A stretch of DNA of 64,000 bases from an uncultured Candidatus Saccharibacteria bacterium (GTDB lineage Bacteria > Patescibacteriota > Saccharimonadia > Saccharimonadales > UBA4665). Under the pieces are notes generated by a model that had not been told where the DNA came from, made no database searches, and saw only the letters and a program-made list of their open reading frames with translations. Every line of letters begins with the position of its first letter. Positions within the stretch are counted from its first letter, which is position 1. Made by a program: the position numbers and the translations under genes. This document shows, piece by piece, positions 21,188 through 32,286 of this stretch. The DNA is taken from positions 143-64,142 of the forward strand of contig CAZSZJ010000003.1 in the NCBI GenBank assembly GCA_964610985.1. The letters are read 5' to 3'.

Positions 21188-21934
21188 TTAAAACGTGGGG
21201 ACCACTTGTATATTAAGCCGCCCGCCATACTGCCCGGCCGGAGTAGAACGGTCCACATTGGCAATAATTGAAAGCGAGTAATTGGTTTGCCCACTGCTTT
21301 TATTACTAAAAGCGATGGTGTCGCCATTAACAAACTTAAAAAGGTTGGCAGTATCGTAACCAGACGCCGCTGACCCAAATCCAAAGGTCACATCTGGTAT
21401 TTGCGACGGATCGGCACCAATATCGGGTACTGAATTATTAACTAAATTAAGTCCGAACTGCTCAACACCTGCCTGCGACGACGTCGGCGATCCAAGCGAA
21501 GAAAGTGCGTGCGAACTACCGTTAGCTGTAGTAGGCGATGCACCATGCACCAGCACCACATAGCCGCTGCTCAGATAATTGCGCACCGTAAAAGTTGCGA
21601 CCGCCGACCCGGTGATGCTGGCATCGATAATGCCCAGATCGTATACGCCGCCGTTTACCGCAAACTCCAAAAGCGGTACATTGGATGTGTTAAATCCGCC
21701 CTGAAATTGGTAGTTGGTGCTAGCCGAATTGCCAACGGTCAACTCCCCGGCCGATTGTTTGGCCTTATAATTCGTCGAAGATGGGTCCAGCTCGCCGCCC
21801 GATCCAAAAAACGATTCCTCAACTTTGTAGTTGGTCGAAGTTGATTGCGCATACGCCGGCATAGAGCTCACCGCTATCAACACAAGCACGGCCATGCCCA
21901 TAGCAATAACCCCAACCAACTCATGCAGTTTCAT
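21188..21934 (-). CDS. secreted surface protein, paralog 1 (smallest), with three STNY(K/Q) mini-repeats
   Basis: The ORF-track start at 21970 is TTG. ATG at 21934 gives MKLHELVGVIAMGMAVLVLIAVSSMPAYA, a signal peptide. STNYKVEES / STNYKAKQS / STNYQFQGG repeats. C-terminal VEQFGLNL...YDTANLFKFVNGDTIA...NVDRSTPAGQYGGRLNIQVVPTF-stop. Confidence 0.7.
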   Translation of the reverse strand: MKLHELVGVIAMGMAVLVLIAVSSMPAYAQSTSTNYKVEESFFGSGGELDPSSTNYKAKQSAGELTVGNSASTNYQFQGGFNTSNVPLLEFAVNGGVYDLGIIDASITGSAVATFTVRNYLSSGYVVLVHGASPTTANGSSHALSSLGSPTSSQAGVEQFGLNLVNNSVPDIGADPSQIPDVTFGFGSAASGYDTANLFKFVNGDTIAFSNKSSGQTNYSLSIIANVDRSTPAGQYGGRLNIQVVPTF

Positions 21935-22001
21935 GACTGCTATTGTGCGCCAAGCTGCATCAAAAGACAATCCGTTTACGCTTTAGAAAGACTCTAGTAT
22001 T

Positions 22002-23078
22002 ATGTACAGGAAGCTTATGGATCCATCGCAAGTTCAGTCTGACAAAGAAAACGATACCAATTCGCTGGAAAGTAGCGGAACGACTGTTGATAATGAAAAA
22101 CCCGCGGACAGTTCTGTGCCCTCCAATGAACTAGAAAACTCGTCTGAAGCCTCTGGCTCCTCTAGTTCATCGATTGACGCCAGAGGTTCCGAGGGCACTG
22201 GTAGCACACAAACTAATACTTCTGCTCGACCACCTTTTTTCAAGCGCCTGTGGCAAAAATTTAATATCTACCTGCTCTTGTTTGCACTTGTTATTTTGCT
22301 CGCCATCGGTATAACTTTGGGACTGTTTCTTAAAAACCGCAGTGACACCAAAAAAACTGAAAGCATCATTAACTCGCAAAACTTGTCCGAAAGCGCGCTC
22401 AAGCAACTAGCTAATAGTGACGTCACCGTTGGCAACTCCAAGCAAGTGTTAAAAGTTGTATCAAACGCCCTATTTTCCGGCTCGGTACTGGTGCGCGGTG
22501 ACCTGGAAGTCGCAGGTAGCGTAAAAGTGGGGAACGAGCTACAGCTGCCTGGCATTACCGTATCCGGTTCGAGCCGATTTAACCAGTTGCAGGCCGACAA
22601 CCTGACAATTGGCAGTAATGCTACCGTACAGGGCACATTTAACGCCAAAAAAGGCATAAATGTTTCAGGGAACAGCACGTTTGACGGCCTCTTATCGGCC
22701 GCGCAAATCTCCACCAACGTATTTATTTTGAACGGCGACCTTAAACTTACACATCACATTACGGCCGGTGGTTCCACGCCATCGGTCGAAAGGGGCGGCG
22801 CGCTCGGTTCGGGCGGCACCAGCTCGGTCAGCGGCTCGGACACCACCGGATCAATAGTCGTAAACACTGGTGGCAACCCCGGCGCAGGCTGCTTTGCCAC
22901 CATCAAATTTGCTACACGCTTTGACGGCACGCCGCACGTCACTATTACACCAATCGGCAGCGCCTCGGCCGACATCAATTATTATGTCAATCGCAGCAGC
23001 ACCGAGTTTAGCGTCTGCACCACCAATCCAGCTCCAAGCGGCCAAACCTTCGGCTTCGATTACGTTATCCTAAACTAA
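22002..23078 (+). CDS. single-pass membrane protein with extracytoplasmic beta-helix-like repeats
   Basis: Low-complexity Ser/Glu N-terminus and a TM (IYLLLFALVILLAIGITLGLFL). Then short repeats of the type VLVRGDLEVAGSVKVGNELQL / ITVSGSSRFNQLQADNLTIGSNATVQGTFNAKKGINVSGNSTFDG, followed by a Gly/Ser-rich stretch. Divergent from the surface locus. An alternative ATG at 22017 follows AGGAAG. Confidence 0.65.
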   Translation: MYRKLMDPSQVQSDKENDTNSLESSGTTVDNEKPADSSVPSNELENSSEASGSSSSSIDARGSEGTGSTQTNTSARPPFFKRLWQKFNIYLLLFALVILLAIGITLGLFLKNRSDTKKTESIINSQNLSESALKQLANSDVTVGNSKQVLKVVSNALFSGSVLVRGDLEVAGSVKVGNELQLPGITVSGSSRFNQLQADNLTIGSNATVQGTFNAKKGINVSGNSTFDGLLSAAQISTNVFILNGDLKLTHHITAGGSTPSVERGGALGSGGTSSVSGSDTTGSIVVNTGGNPGAGCFATIKFATRFDGTPHVTITPIGSASADINYYVNRSSTEFSVCTTNPAPSGQTFGFDYVILN

Positions 23079-23111
23079 CTTTGCACTAGACTATGCGTTA
23101 TACTCATACAA

Positions 23112-23600
23112 ATGAGAGCATCCCCGGATATTGAGCCCGAGCAGTGGCCTTCGGTTATATTCGATACTGCGTTGCACGCCCGTAATTTACTCGAAAAAAC
23201 GTGGTCTCCCGAGACCGCTTTTCAGGGCATAGAATTGCAACCTGACGATGTGGTGTCCCGCGGTCAGTGCGGCGTAAGCGCCCTCTGGCTCGCCCGACAT
23301 CTGTACCAACAAGGTATCGACGCTCATTTTACAGAAGGGATAATCAAACTGGATAATCTAAAAGATGAGCAGGTATGGGTGGAGGTCAGGCGACCAGACA
23401 TGCAGCCATTAATCGTTGATATTACGTCCGACCAATACCAGACGCCGAACAGGACAGCCGTACATGTCGGCAATTATGCCAGCGGCCCCGGCACAATAGG
23501 ACACTATGAACCTTTGCAGTATTTTTCACCATTTGAAGTACCCCGCCGGAAACTACTTGCCCGCTTCGCAATTTTAGAACAAAATATTGCCCGTCGATAA
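23112..23600 (+). CDS. hypothetical protein (162 aa), possible papain/transglutaminase-like fold (very tentative)
   Basis: ATG start. The segment SRGQCGVSALWLARHLYQQGIDAHF...EQVWVEV...IVDITSDQY resembles the Cys ... (H)aWvEv ... D layout of transglutaminase-like cysteine peptidases. The expected His is Gln, so this may be inactive or a false resemblance. Confidence 0.4.
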   Translation: MRASPDIEPEQWPSVIFDTALHARNLLEKTWSPETAFQGIELQPDDVVSRGQCGVSALWLARHLYQQGIDAHFTEGIIKLDNLKDEQVWVEVRRPDMQPLIVDITSDQYQTPNRTAVHVGNYASGPGTIGHYEPLQYFSPFEVPRRKLLARFAILEQNIARR

Positions 23601-23603
23601 AGC

Positions 23604-26072
<2,469 letters not shown>

Positions 26073-26076
<4 letters not shown>

Positions 26077-27500
26077 GCCTTACCCTCCAAAAGCGTTTGT
26101 TTTTTGAGGGTATCGCGGATGGCTTCGAAATTTTTGTCGTCTTTGATCTGACCGGCGTATTCGTTGGCGGCCTTTTTGATAGCCTCCAAGTTGATTGTCT
26201 GGTTTTCTTCGAGACCAAGAATAATATCGAGCATCAGAGTTTGCGCGACCAAGCCGTAGCGTTCGCCCGGAATCTGGTTAAGCATCTTGTACAGCAGGTT
26301 ACCTTTGCTCAGCGCTTGCTGCGCCGAAACGGCAAGCTCCGAACCAAAACGCGCAAATTCCTGAGCCTCGGCATGTGCCGTGAGCGTCTTGAAGGTCTGA
26401 CCACCCAGTTTTTTGTGGCGATCACTTTGGCCGCGGCCACCCACGCGACTTACACTCAAACCGACGTTGACCGCCGGCCGCATGGTATCCCGAAAGATCT
26501 TCATATCCAAAATCCACTGACCGTCGGTGATCGACATAACATTGGTTGGCAGGTACGACGTAATGTCACCGCCAGCCGCAAAGACCATTGGTACCGTGGT
26601 AAGTGTCTTGTGGTTACTGGCCAATTTGCCTGCACGTTCGAGAAGCGACGAATGCACATAAAACATGTCGCCCGGAAACGAGTCGCGTCCCGGACTCATT
26701 CCCGAAAGCAGGGCAATTTCGCGGTAGGCGTGAGCATGTGCGGTCAGGTCGTCATATATAAGTAATGTGTCCTGACCGACTTCCTGCCAAAAATATTCAG
26801 CCATACTGCAGGCCACGTACGGCGCAAGGTAGCTCATAATGAGCGAATCGGCAAGCGTCGAGACGATCACGATCGACTGGCCCATGGCGTTATTAGCATT
26901 CAGGCGCGACAGGAGCGTGTCGACATCGCTGCGCCGTTTTGCAATCAGCACATACACCGTAATAATGTCGCCGCCCACTTGGTTGAGCGCGATCTGGGTG
27001 GCCAGCGTGCTTTTACCGGATTTGCCGTCGCCCAGCATGGCCATGCGCTGCCCACGCATCAGCGGAAACATCGTGTCGATAACGGTAATCCCGGTTTCAA
27101 GCTGTTTGTCGAGTGCTTCACGTTCATGAAATGGCGGCGCAGGCGAAAACACGGGACGTACGCCATCGGCAGCTATCGGCCCTTTACCGTCGAGCGGCTC
27201 ACCTGTAACCGAAATAACGCGCCCGACATAATCTTTACCCACCTTTGTTACTAACTGATCGTGCTGTACAACCGCAGTCATACCCACAGACATGGACTTG
27301 CGGCCAAGGTGCAGCACAGTGAGGTGATCTTCGTAGATGTGATGGACGTAGCCTTTGCTGCCGTCTTCAAACAGCACCAGCGCGTGCATATTGACTGGCT
27401 GCATACCCTTGATTTTGACCAAAAAACGGTCGACGGCAATGACTTCGCCTACTGGCTGACCGCTGGCAACGAGCTGATTAAAATGGCGATTATCGCTCAT
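26073..27500 (-). CDS. atpA: F-type ATP synthase subunit alpha (divergent, 475 aa)
   Basis: Walker A MLGDGKSGKSTLA, YDDLTAHAHAYREIALL and PGDMFYVHSSLLERA, which are alpha-type motifs. 4-nt overlaps with delta and gamma. Confidence 0.9.
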
Positions 27501-28057
27501 GCTTTGACCTCATTTGAAGCTTCCGGAGCGGGTACTGTCGTCACACCCGATGATGCACTGGCTACAAGGGAATCGATCAACATGTTACGCTTGGCATCAA
27601 AACGGCCTCGCAAGCTGAAATCAAATGTTTTATTAGCCGTTCGTACAATGCAGCCGGCGGCAATAGTGGGCTGCAAACCCAATTGCAACAACGCATAAGG
27701 ATGAATGTTGGCTCGCAGCCAAGACACGATCTTGACTGTAAGTGCGGCCGACGGATCGGCCGCAAAACTAATGTGAATGATGGGCGCTTTTTCTTCGACT
27801 TTTTGCAAAAATGTGATGAGCTTTTTTTGGTCAGTTGCGAGCAGTAAGTTGAGCTTGTTATCGGCAGCCATCGCTTCAAGCATACGCGACGTGCGCGGCA
27901 ACGGAGCCTGTTTGCCAGGCTCACGGATAGCGGCGGCCTGTAAAAACTCCTGCAAGGCCTCGACTTCGCGCTGCAAACGGTGTACTTCGACCGGCCCAAA
28001 AATAACGGTCGGCAGTTCCAGGCGACGAATGGTGTGGGCGGCTTTTTCAAGCGCCAT
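27497..28057 (-). CDS. atpH: F-type ATP synthase subunit delta (OSCP)
   Basis: The ORF track extends to 28195, but that N-terminus overlaps atpF and looks non-protein-like. ATG at 28055-28057 gives 186 aa. The C-terminal ISFAADPSAALTVKIVSWL...LQLGLQPTIAAGCIVRTANKTFDFSLRGRF matches the delta pattern (...liGG..v..gd...D.S.rg.l). Confidence 0.7.
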   Translation of the reverse strand: MALEKAAHTIRRLELPTVIFGPVEVHRLQREVEALQEFLQAAAIREPGKQAPLPRTSRMLEAMAADNKLNLLLATDQKKLITFLQKVEEKAPIIHISFAADPSAALTVKIVSWLRANIHPYALLQLGLQPTIAAGCIVRTANKTFDFSLRGRFDAKRNMLIDSLVASASSGVTTVPAPEASNEVKA

Positions 28058-28664
28058 TAACGATATCCTCCAGGATAGCCTTTTTGTTGGCCTCCAGCTC
28101 GCCCAAAATGTATTCCAGTTGGTCATTGAGGTCGATCTGGTTGCCGATAGCCGCAAGCACATAGTGGTTGACAACGTCGGCCATATTTTGGTCAAAACGC
28201 TGGACGCGGCGCGCTTTTTCGTCGCTCACTTCTTTTTCGAGCTGAGCGGTCAGGGTGTGACGCTGCTCATCGATGGTTGCTTTGGTTTTTTCGATGGATT
28301 CGACGGCCAGCTGTTTGGCATCGGTAATAGCACTTTCGTAGTTCGAAAAGGCTTCTTTCAGATCCTTGCTGATCTGATCTTTCATGTATTCGTTAAGCTC
28401 TGAGGTCGTCAGGCGCAAATCTTGCTGCAAAAACATGGCGTTTTCGCCCAAGATCTTTTCGAAATGCAGGCGGCCACGGTTACGCAGTTCTTCACGGAAT
28501 TCTTCATTAAAGATATGCTCGACGTCTTTTTCGGCTTCGGCCTGAAAATCTTCGATCGATTTTGTGGACACACCGACACGGCTCAGACGAACCGCAACAT
28601 ATATAAACGCCAGCCCGCCGGCCCATATCACACTCAGGATGAGTATTAACCACCAAATTGTCAT
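28047..28664 (-). CDS. atpF: F-type ATP synthase subunit b-like (one TM + long coiled coil)
   Basis: The ORF-track start at 28676 is GTG. ATG at 28664 lies 6 nt after AAAGGTGGAG. MTIWWLILILSVIWAGGLAFIYVAV is a TM helix, followed by about 180 aa of charged helical sequence. It sits directly upstream of delta. Confidence 0.7.
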   Translation of the reverse strand: MTIWWLILILSVIWAGGLAFIYVAVRLSRVGVSTKSIEDFQAEAEKDVEHIFNEEFREELRNRGRLHFEKILGENAMFLQQDLRLTTSELNEYMKDQISKDLKEAFSNYESAITDAKQLAVESIEKTKATIDEQRHTLTAQLEKEVSDEKARRVQRFDQNMADVVNHYVLAAIGNQIDLNDQLEYILGELEANKKAILEDIVNGA

Positions 28665-28692
28665 CCCACGCTCCACCTTTTTATCACAAGCA

Positions 28693-29532
28693 TTATATCC
28701 TTAGTAATAAATATACCCCAATCCCGCCAATAACAAAAACGATTAATGCCATTAATGTAACTTGGAGGAGATTGCGAAAGATCGTCTTTTTGGCCAAGGG
28801 GTTACGGCCGACTGCGGTCATGCCAGTACGCACGCCTGCGAACAAGATAACACCCGCTACAATCACACTCAGCAGCGCCACCGCCGTCCCGGCATAAATG
28901 CGAAAGGCGCTCACTGGCTGGTCGGTTACCACCTCAGCCAGTTTTGCCAACACTTCAGGCACGCCCGCTGGCGCGTCTTTTTGGTATTTGGGATTATGTG
29001 CCACCGAAATCTCGATGCCGATCCGTCCTAAGTTCACCTGCTGGTTACCAGTACTGGTTTTGAGTACGGTTGTGCCCTCGGTCATGGACTTGCCATCAAA
29101 GGCGTCGAGCGCTTTGCCAAGCACAAACTCTTGGTCGCCGTCAGCCTTCATACCTACACCAGCCACAGACGAAACAGAAATATAGTCACCAATGTTAACC
29201 GCTCCGTTTTGCGTGCTGACGAGCACATCAAACTTCCCCGAATTGGCTACAAAAACCTCCTCGGCAGCTTCGGTATTGGAAAGTGACACGCCGGATTCGG
29301 CCGAAGAAACGACTACGCCCAAAACATCGCCGTCGTCGGCTTGCTGTGCGGCCCGTACTTTGCTGCCATCGCCCGGCTTGAGCCGCACGATCATGCCTTT
29401 TTGCAGGGCGTCGTCGGATTGGTAGCCTTGTGTTATCTTTTGGGCCAACACTTGTCCAGAGCAGAACATAGTAAAGGCGGCCAAGCTCAGAATCAGCAAA
29501 AACCGCTTTATAACACGCTTATACTTAACCAT
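28693..29532 (-). CDS. secreted domain fused to a C-terminal two-helix membrane hairpin with a c-subunit-like GRNP loop; function unknown
   Basis: Signal peptide FLLILSLAAFTMFCSGQVLA, then a soluble domain of about 190 aa. The C-terminus is FRIYAGTAVALLSVIVAGVILFAGVRTGMTAVGRNPLAKKTIFRNLLQVTLMALIVFVIGGIGVYLLLRI. It occupies the slot 16 nt upstream of atpF. Confidence 0.6.
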   Translation of the reverse strand: MVKYKRVIKRFLLILSLAAFTMFCSGQVLAQKITQGYQSDDALQKGMIVRLKPGDGSKVRAAQQADDGDVLGVVVSSAESGVSLSNTEAAEEVFVANSGKFDVLVSTQNGAVNIGDYISVSSVAGVGMKADGDQEFVLGKALDAFDGKSMTEGTTVLKTSTGNQQVNLGRIGIEISVAHNPKYQKDAPAGVPEVLAKLAEVVTDQPVSAFRIYAGTAVALLSVIVAGVILFAGVRTGMTAVGRNPLAKKTIFRNLLQVTLMALIVFVIGGIGVYLLLRI

Positions 29533-29537
29533 TACGT

Positions 29538-30674
29538 TTAAGTATACAAAAGAGATGCCAACGTGGCCACTGTTCTTCGCACATCATCTTCGGTCGTTTG
29601 GCGCCCCATACTAAAACGGAGCGAGCTTTGGGCGTCTGTCTGGGAGATACCCATAGTCCTGAGCACATGTGACGGCTCTTCGTTGCTGGCGCTACAAGCC
29701 GAGCCAGCAGCACACAAAATGCCGGCTTCGTCGAGCTGGATCAAGATGCGTTCGTTGTCGGTGCCGGGCAGCGTAATGTGCACGTTATTCGGCAGCCGGT
29801 GCTTGAGCGAACCATTTACAATGACGCCAGGAACCGCTTCTTCGAGTAAATCTATAAAGAGTTTTTGGAGTCCTTGCAGGCGCACTCCTTCCGCGCGGCG
29901 GCGTTTTTGCACCAGCTCTAAGGCTTTGGCAAAACCGATTGCTCCAGCCACATTTTCCGTGCCGCTACGCAGACCGCGTTCTTGGCCGCCGCCTAGGATC
30001 TGCGGGCTAAATCGTACTCCCGCTTTGGCAAACAGGACGCCAAATTGCTTAGGGCCATAGATTTTGCCGCCGTTGAGCGTAATAAAATCCGCGCCCAGGC
30101 GTGCCGCGTGAATGTCCAAATACGTTGCCGCCTGCGCTGCGTCGGTGTGCAGATAAAGTGGCAGTTCGTTTCCGGCGCGCATGCGTTCGCGGCGGATTAC
30201 TTCGATAGCTTGACCCAGTTCATGTATGGGCTGAATGCTGCCGACCTCATTGTTAGCATACATCACGCTCACGAGCACGGTTTGGTCGTCGATGAGTTTT
30301 AGGAGTTCCGGCAATGAGATGATTCCTTTTGCGTCGACGGGCGCTTCTTTGCATCCATAGTGGTGCGCTGTTTTGAGTACCGATTCGTGCTCGATAGCGC
30401 TCGCTATCATACGGCACCCGGGAAATTGTTCTAGAACACCGCGAATTACCAGGTTGTTAGCTTCGGTTCCGCCAGCAGTAAAGATAATCTCGCTGGGGCG
30501 TGCACCCAATATGCCGGCTACACTTGCCCGGGCAGCTTCGAGGTCGCGGCGCACTTCGATCGCCGCCATATAGGTTGCGGACGGATTGTAAAACTTTTCC
30601 GTAAAATAGGGCTGCATTGCATCATAGACCATGGGATCCATGGGGGTAGCGGCGGCGTAATCGAGGTAAATCAT
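29538..30674 (-). CDS. cysteine desulfurase (NifS/IscS-like, class V aminotransferase)
   Basis: 378 aa. PLP-lysine context FITLNGGKIYGPKQ, HTDAAQA, and active-site loop AGSACSASNEEPSHVL. Confidence 0.9.
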   Translation of the reverse strand: MIYLDYAAATPMDPMVYDAMQPYFTEKFYNPSATYMAAIEVRRDLEAARASVAGILGARPSEIIFTAGGTEANNLVIRGVLEQFPGCRMIASAIEHESVLKTAHHYGCKEAPVDAKGIISLPELLKLIDDQTVLVSVMYANNEVGSIQPIHELGQAIEVIRRERMRAGNELPLYLHTDAAQAATYLDIHAARLGADFITLNGGKIYGPKQFGVLFAKAGVRFSPQILGGGQERGLRSGTENVAGAIGFAKALELVQKRRRAEGVRLQGLQKLFIDLLEEAVPGVIVNGSLKHRLPNNVHITLPGTDNERILIQLDEAGILCAAGSACSASNEEPSHVLRTMGISQTDAQSSLRFSMGRQTTEDDVRRTVATLASLLYT

Positions 30675-30681
30675 AGTCTTA

Positions 30682-30708
30682 GTATAAAATAAGCGGCCGG
30701 AGCCGCCT
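30682..30708 (-). terminator. putative intrinsic terminator
   Basis: The minus strand reads GAGGCGGCtccgGCCGCTTATTTTATACT: a GC stem (30693-30706) followed by a T-rich tract, just downstream of the 30715 stop. Confidence 0.45.
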
Positions 30709-30714
30709 CATATT

Positions 30715-31074
30715 TTAGAGTTCGGTGTGCATTAATTTGCCGTACATCTTCATTGCTTTGTACAGGCGTTTGCCTTCTTCAAGCTCGACGTAGCGGTAAG
30801 GCTGACCGTCTTGGGCCTTTAGAATGCCATTAGGGCGAACATCATATCGGGTAGTTACGATGCGTTGTTGGCCGTTTTCGTCGGTCCATTCTTCGTGCCA
30901 GATCCAAGTGCTTGCATCCAGGCAAAAGAATTCGCGGCGTACGCCATGCGGAATCGGCCCAAAGATATCGCCACCGATTCGCGCGGCGCGGCGCAACAAT
31001 TCACGGTATTGGCGTGCGCGTTTTTCTTCGTCGTGCTGGCCTTTGAGCGAACCGAACAGGTTAAGGCTAAACAT
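30715..31074 (-). CDS. hypothetical protein (119 aa)
   Basis: The ATG overlaps the upstream stop as TAATG (31072-31076). Basic N-terminus and a Trp-rich core (FFCLDASTWIWHEEWTDENGQQRIVTTRYDVRPNG). No family recognised. Confidence 0.6.
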   Translation of the reverse strand: MFSLNLFGSLKGQHDEEKRARQYRELLRRAARIGGDIFGPIPHGVRREFFCLDASTWIWHEEWTDENGQQRIVTTRYDVRPNGILKAQDGQPYRYVELEEGKRLYKAMKMYGKLMHTEL

Positions 31075-31448
31075 TATTTAGCCCCTAAAAATTCAGCGTA
31101 ATCATGCTGTGATTTATCGGTAAGGTCGAAATCGGTATTAATTTCGGTAGGAGCCGGATCTTCGATAGTAGCAAAGGTAGGTACAGTGGGATAAGAAACG
31201 TCAGGGGTGGTTTGGCTATAGTTTGCGGCAATTTCATTGAATGCGGCCTGTTCGAGATCATTTAGCGGTGCAGCTTCAGGACCATCATTGATTGAGGGGC
31301 GTTCGGTAGGTGGAATAACCTCAGAACCATTGTGCGTTATAAGGGCGGCGCAACTTCGAAAAATGGTAGCATCAACCATCTCCCTATAGGCGTCCTCGGG
31401 GGTCCGGGACAACTCAAAACCTTCTCTTCGTGGTTTGGATTGCATCAT
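31074..31448 (-). CDS. hypothetical acidic protein (124 aa)
   Basis: ATG-ATG start at 31443-31448, 7 nt downstream of the TatD-family stop. Translationally coupled to the next gene. No family recognised. Confidence 0.5.
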   Translation of the reverse strand: MMQSKPRREGFELSRTPEDAYREMVDATIFRSCAALITHNGSEVIPPTERPSINDGPEAAPLNDLEQAAFNEIAANYSQTTPDVSYPTVPTFATIEDPAPTEINTDFDLTDKSQHDYAEFLGAK

Positions 31449-31455
31449 CTTCTTT

Positions 31456-32286
31456 CTACCTCATGCCGAGAACATACTTGGCGTTCTCTGTTGTTTGGGC
31501 AACCAATATTTCGAGGTCTTCTCCTCGCAAATGGGCTAGAAACTCCGCAGTAACACGCACATGTTTAGGCTCGCACATATTACCACGAAATGGTTCAGGA
31601 GTCAAGAAAGGGGCATCTGTTTCTAGCACCAGTTTGTCGAGTGGAACCGCCTTTGCGGCCTCCAATTGGTGCACATCTTTGGTAAATGTCATTATACCAT
31701 TTAGGCCGACGTAAAGTCCACGATTTAATATATTTTTTAGATCTTTATGATGCGAACTAAAACTGTGGATGATACCGCGGATCGGTTTTTTGGCATGATA
31801 TTCGTCAAAAATCGGCCAAAAATCGTCGAATGCGTCGCGTACATGAAACACCATCGCCAGATCGTGCTTCCCTGCCATCTCTATCTGATGGCGCAGCATA
31901 GCAATTTGGTCTTCTTTTGGCGAGTGACCGTAGTAATAGTCCAGACCGCATTCGCCGACCGCCAGCACCTTTGGATTTACGGCAAGCAACTCGAACCGCG
32001 CCAGCATCTTGGGATTATCCTTGTACACTTTGGCCTCGTGCGGATGAATGCCGATACTAGCCCAAACGCCGTCATGCTCGCCAGCAAATGCGACCGCTAT
32101 TTCGCTGTCTTCGACGGTCGTGCCCACGCATAACAGGCGCGTAACACCTTCCTTTTGGGCATTTTTAAGCAAGTCCTCGGGTTTTGGCGAACCAGCCTTG
32201 ATGTATCTTTTCTTGGTTTCAGTATTCAGCTCCAGGAGTTCGGATGCTTCGTGGATATGGCAGTGCGTATCGGTCAGTTGGATCAT
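31456..32286 (-). CDS. TatD-family metal-dependent hydrolase (DNase)
   Basis: 276 aa. DTHCHI start, GECGLDYY, HVRDA and ETDAPFLTP motifs. 4-nt overlap with metG. Confidence 0.9.
   Translation of the reverse strand: MIQLTDTHCHIHEASELLELNTETKKRYIKAGSPKPEDLLKNAQKEGVTRLLCVGTTVEDSEIAVAFAGEHDGVWASIGIHPHEAKVYKDNPKMLARFELLAVNPKVLAVGECGLDYYYGHSPKEDQIAMLRHQIEMAGKHDLAMVFHVRDAFDDFWPIFDEYHAKKPIRGIIHSFSSHHKDLKNILNRGLYVGLNGIMTFTKDVHQLEAAKAVPLDKLVLETDAPFLTPEPFRGNMCEPKHVRVTAEFLAHLRGEDLEILVAQTTENAKYVLGMR

Noticed and set aside
28058-28195. N-terminal extension of the atpH ORF (27497..28195)
   Set aside because: It overlaps the 3' end of atpF by about 150 nt and has a Trp/Ser/Thr/Arg-rich non-protein-like sequence. 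The ATG at 28057 gives a normal-length delta subunit.
28693-29532. Calling the 279-aa gene a bona fide atpE (c subunit)
   Set aside because: It has a signal peptide plus a soluble domain of about 190 aa, and helix 2 lacks any Glu or Asp. Only the hairpin loop resembles subunit c, so it is reported as an oddity and not annotated as atpE.
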